Shown here one piece after another: positions 61,621 through 64,000 of a DNA stretch of 64,000 bases (within the stretch, counting starts at the first letter, position 1; each line of letters opens with the position of its first letter). Source of the DNA: Takakia lepidozioides (taxonomy: Eukaryota; Plantae; Bryophyta). Made by a program: the position numbers and the translations under genes. The notes under the pieces were generated by a model that searched no databases, was not told the DNA's origin, and saw nothing but the letters and a program-made list of their open reading frames with translations. The stretch lies in NCBI GenBank assembly GCA_030704615.1, contig CM060731.1, forward strand, positions 47,430,001 through 47,494,000. The letters run 5' to 3'.

Positions 61621-62545
61621 TGAAGGTTGGGAAGCAAAATCGCTTTGACCTCTGCTCATTTTGGACAGTTTACTTGTTCATTCTAAACTTTTTCTTTTAA
61701 TTTTATTTTAAAGCTAGCAAAGCCCGTTTTAGAATAGCAAAAAAAAAAACAGTGAATTGAGGGAGTCTCGGACTTGGGTTCAAAATGACTTTATAAAGCA
61801 AAAAAAGCTTTTTCTTCTAATTTTATTTTAAAGCTAGCAAAAGCCCTTTTTGGAAAAGGCAAAAAAAAAACAGTGAATTGGGGGAGAAGACCACAATGTA
61901 GGAACTTAATGCACACTTGAGATCTATGACAACACACTAAATCGGTTTTTGACATGTCAAATCTTCCCCACCCCCTCTTGAGAGAGAGACAGATTGGGGG
62001 TGACACATAAGGGGCTGTCACTCGGTGTAATTTCCACTTGATGTCATGAAATTTGACATCCTCGGAATTTGACTAAGTATAAAATGTACTAGTTGGATGA
62101 AATGAGTGTCACTCTAATAAGAGTAACTCCTACTTGGTCTCTTGAAATTTGACTCAAAATAAAATGTGCTAGGATGAAGTTACATGAGATGTTCCGGTGA
62201 CATAGATTGGTGTGACACAAAACACTTTGATCGTGGTGACACGAACACCCATCAAGAGTCGAACCTTGCACCTCATGTCACCATCACCGTACTATCAGAC
62301 ACCTTGTTGTTGCTGAGTATTCTAAAATATTTAATACTGAGTCCAAGGTAAAAGGGGGTGCGAAAGATTTGACATAAGGCCCACACAAGAAGTGGCAATC
62401 AAGGTAGGATCGCACGCTTGCATCACATTCTTACATTATTCCTATTGTTTCTTGAATTGGGGGCAAGCAACAAGAGAAACAACCAATTTATTACTGTTGG
62501 CTCCTATTAACATTGACTATGAGCATCACTCTCAAAAATCGCTAA

Positions 62546-63019
62546 GGGCCAACTTCCATGTCTCGGCCAAATCGGCCAAGTTATCCAAAGTTTGTCAATG
62601 TCGGTGGAGCATGGCTGACTGGTGGCATGGATGGTTGCTTTTATGTGCATAGGGTTCAAAAGTAATCGGGCAATAGGTCTACATCGTTGTCCAAGGCCCG
62701 GACCAATTGACCATGTCACTTGGCAAAGGGTGGGTCCCGTAGGAGCGACATCCAAGTCAAGAGAGACTAGCAATAATGAGCAATGTGCACAAATGTGACC
62801 TTCACAGCAGATAGAAGAGACATGGTAACCCAGTACAATAGGTGAAAAGCAATTACCGATATCGGCCATGAACTCTGGCACCAAATTCCCAAGTATTGCG
62901 CTCACCGAAGTCAGTCACCGATATCTGGGCGCCGGCTAAAATTAACGCATGGAAGCAAGTCGTCATTTTGGTCATCTAGTGCCAACTTGGCCGATTGCCC
63001 GATGCATGGAAGTTGGCCC
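62546..63019. mobile_element. PIF/Harbinger-type MITE
   Basis: 15-bp perfect TIR GGGCCAACTTCCATG/CATGGAAGTTGGCCC flanked by TAA and TTA. Confidence 0.8.
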
Positions 63020-64000
63020 TTATAAGCCCCTCTTGTGCCTTCCCCAAATGCTACATCTTCTCCTTTGCTGAAAACGACTGCATGAGTTGCCTTCTCCAGG
63101 TAACACTTGACTTTTCAAGCTTATTATTATCACTCGGAAAGTTTAGTTGGCATTAGCAGATTTTCTTTTGTTTTTATTGTTGGCTCTCTTGTAGAGAGAG
63201 ACTACAGACCACGCAACATGTTGAAGTCAACGGAGGGTCCAATTACCTTAGACCCTCTCAATGCTCCGATTGGTGTGGTCATGCCCCTTGGTCTTACCTT
63301 CCTCTTATGTTTTGCCAAAGCAAGAGAGCCCATCGTTGTTTGAGGCTTGTTTTGTTTGAATCTACAGCCTAGATGGTTTCCTCAAGTTGGATTATGGATT
63401 ACAGCCTGGCAAGCAAGCCCTAAATAGATTTCTACAAAGAGTCAGAGTAAAAATAACTTTGCCCATTTCTAGCTTGGGTTAAGTTCCGTGGTCTTCTGCT
63501 GTTATTTTTTCTTCCATCTTTTTTGTTTGTTTTCTCTTACACATGTGGGTTTTTATTTTTCATTGTACCTCTTTTCTGCAGGTGGTTTGGTAGCGTGCGA
63601 GTACAACTATGAAGACATAAATTCCGCATGAGGCCAATAGGTTTAGGGCCAATATGTTTTTAAAACAAAATTTCAAACCATACGCGGATATGGGGATATT
63701 GCGTTTGATAAGATCAGTTACACAAATTCATGTACAATGAATGTAGCGATTTATAAATTTTAAGATATGTCACGTGATCAAATTACTAAGAAATATTGGA
63801 ATGGAAAACAATTGAACACCAAAGTAAATTTGGGCATTTGAAACATCATAATATCATAATTCATAATTATATACATAATATATAATTCTTAAAAACTACA
63901 AACATGATGAGATTAACACCAAGGTTTCCCAACAAAAGAGAGAGAAGACTTCAACCAGAGCCGCCGTAACTAAGAGCTCACTTCACTTTGCGGTTACTGC

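Overview
Eukaryotic nuclear DNA from a land plant, probably a non-seed plant (bryophyte, lycophyte or fern). That assignment is inferred from intron structure, plant-specific gene families and transposon types. Six intron-containing genes can be reconstructed: a BTB/POZ protein (-), ribosomal protein RPL17/uL22 (+), the atypical starch branching enzyme SBE3/BE1-type (+, 22 exons), a Cir_N/LENG1-like protein (+), a full-size ABCB transporter (-, 13 exons) and a mitochondrial CoA carrier (-). A cluster of four C/D-box snoRNA candidates follows RPL17. Mobile DNA includes a full-length but decayed Ty1/copia element with TTAGG TSDs inserted into an older LINE, several LINE remnants, MITEs, a long foldback and tandem duplications. 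The most unusual signals are: (1) the copia element has a half-tRNA-iMet PBS and, at the 5' LTR only, 18 nt matching the mature tRNA 3' end (with CCA) between duplicated LTR termini; (2) a remnant of an RLE-endonuclease LINE ending in (TA)n; (3) three same-family LINE insertions in one ABCB intron at GAGAAA-like targets; (4) the snoRNA cluster. All coordinates were read by eye and family assignments come from motif recall, not database searches.
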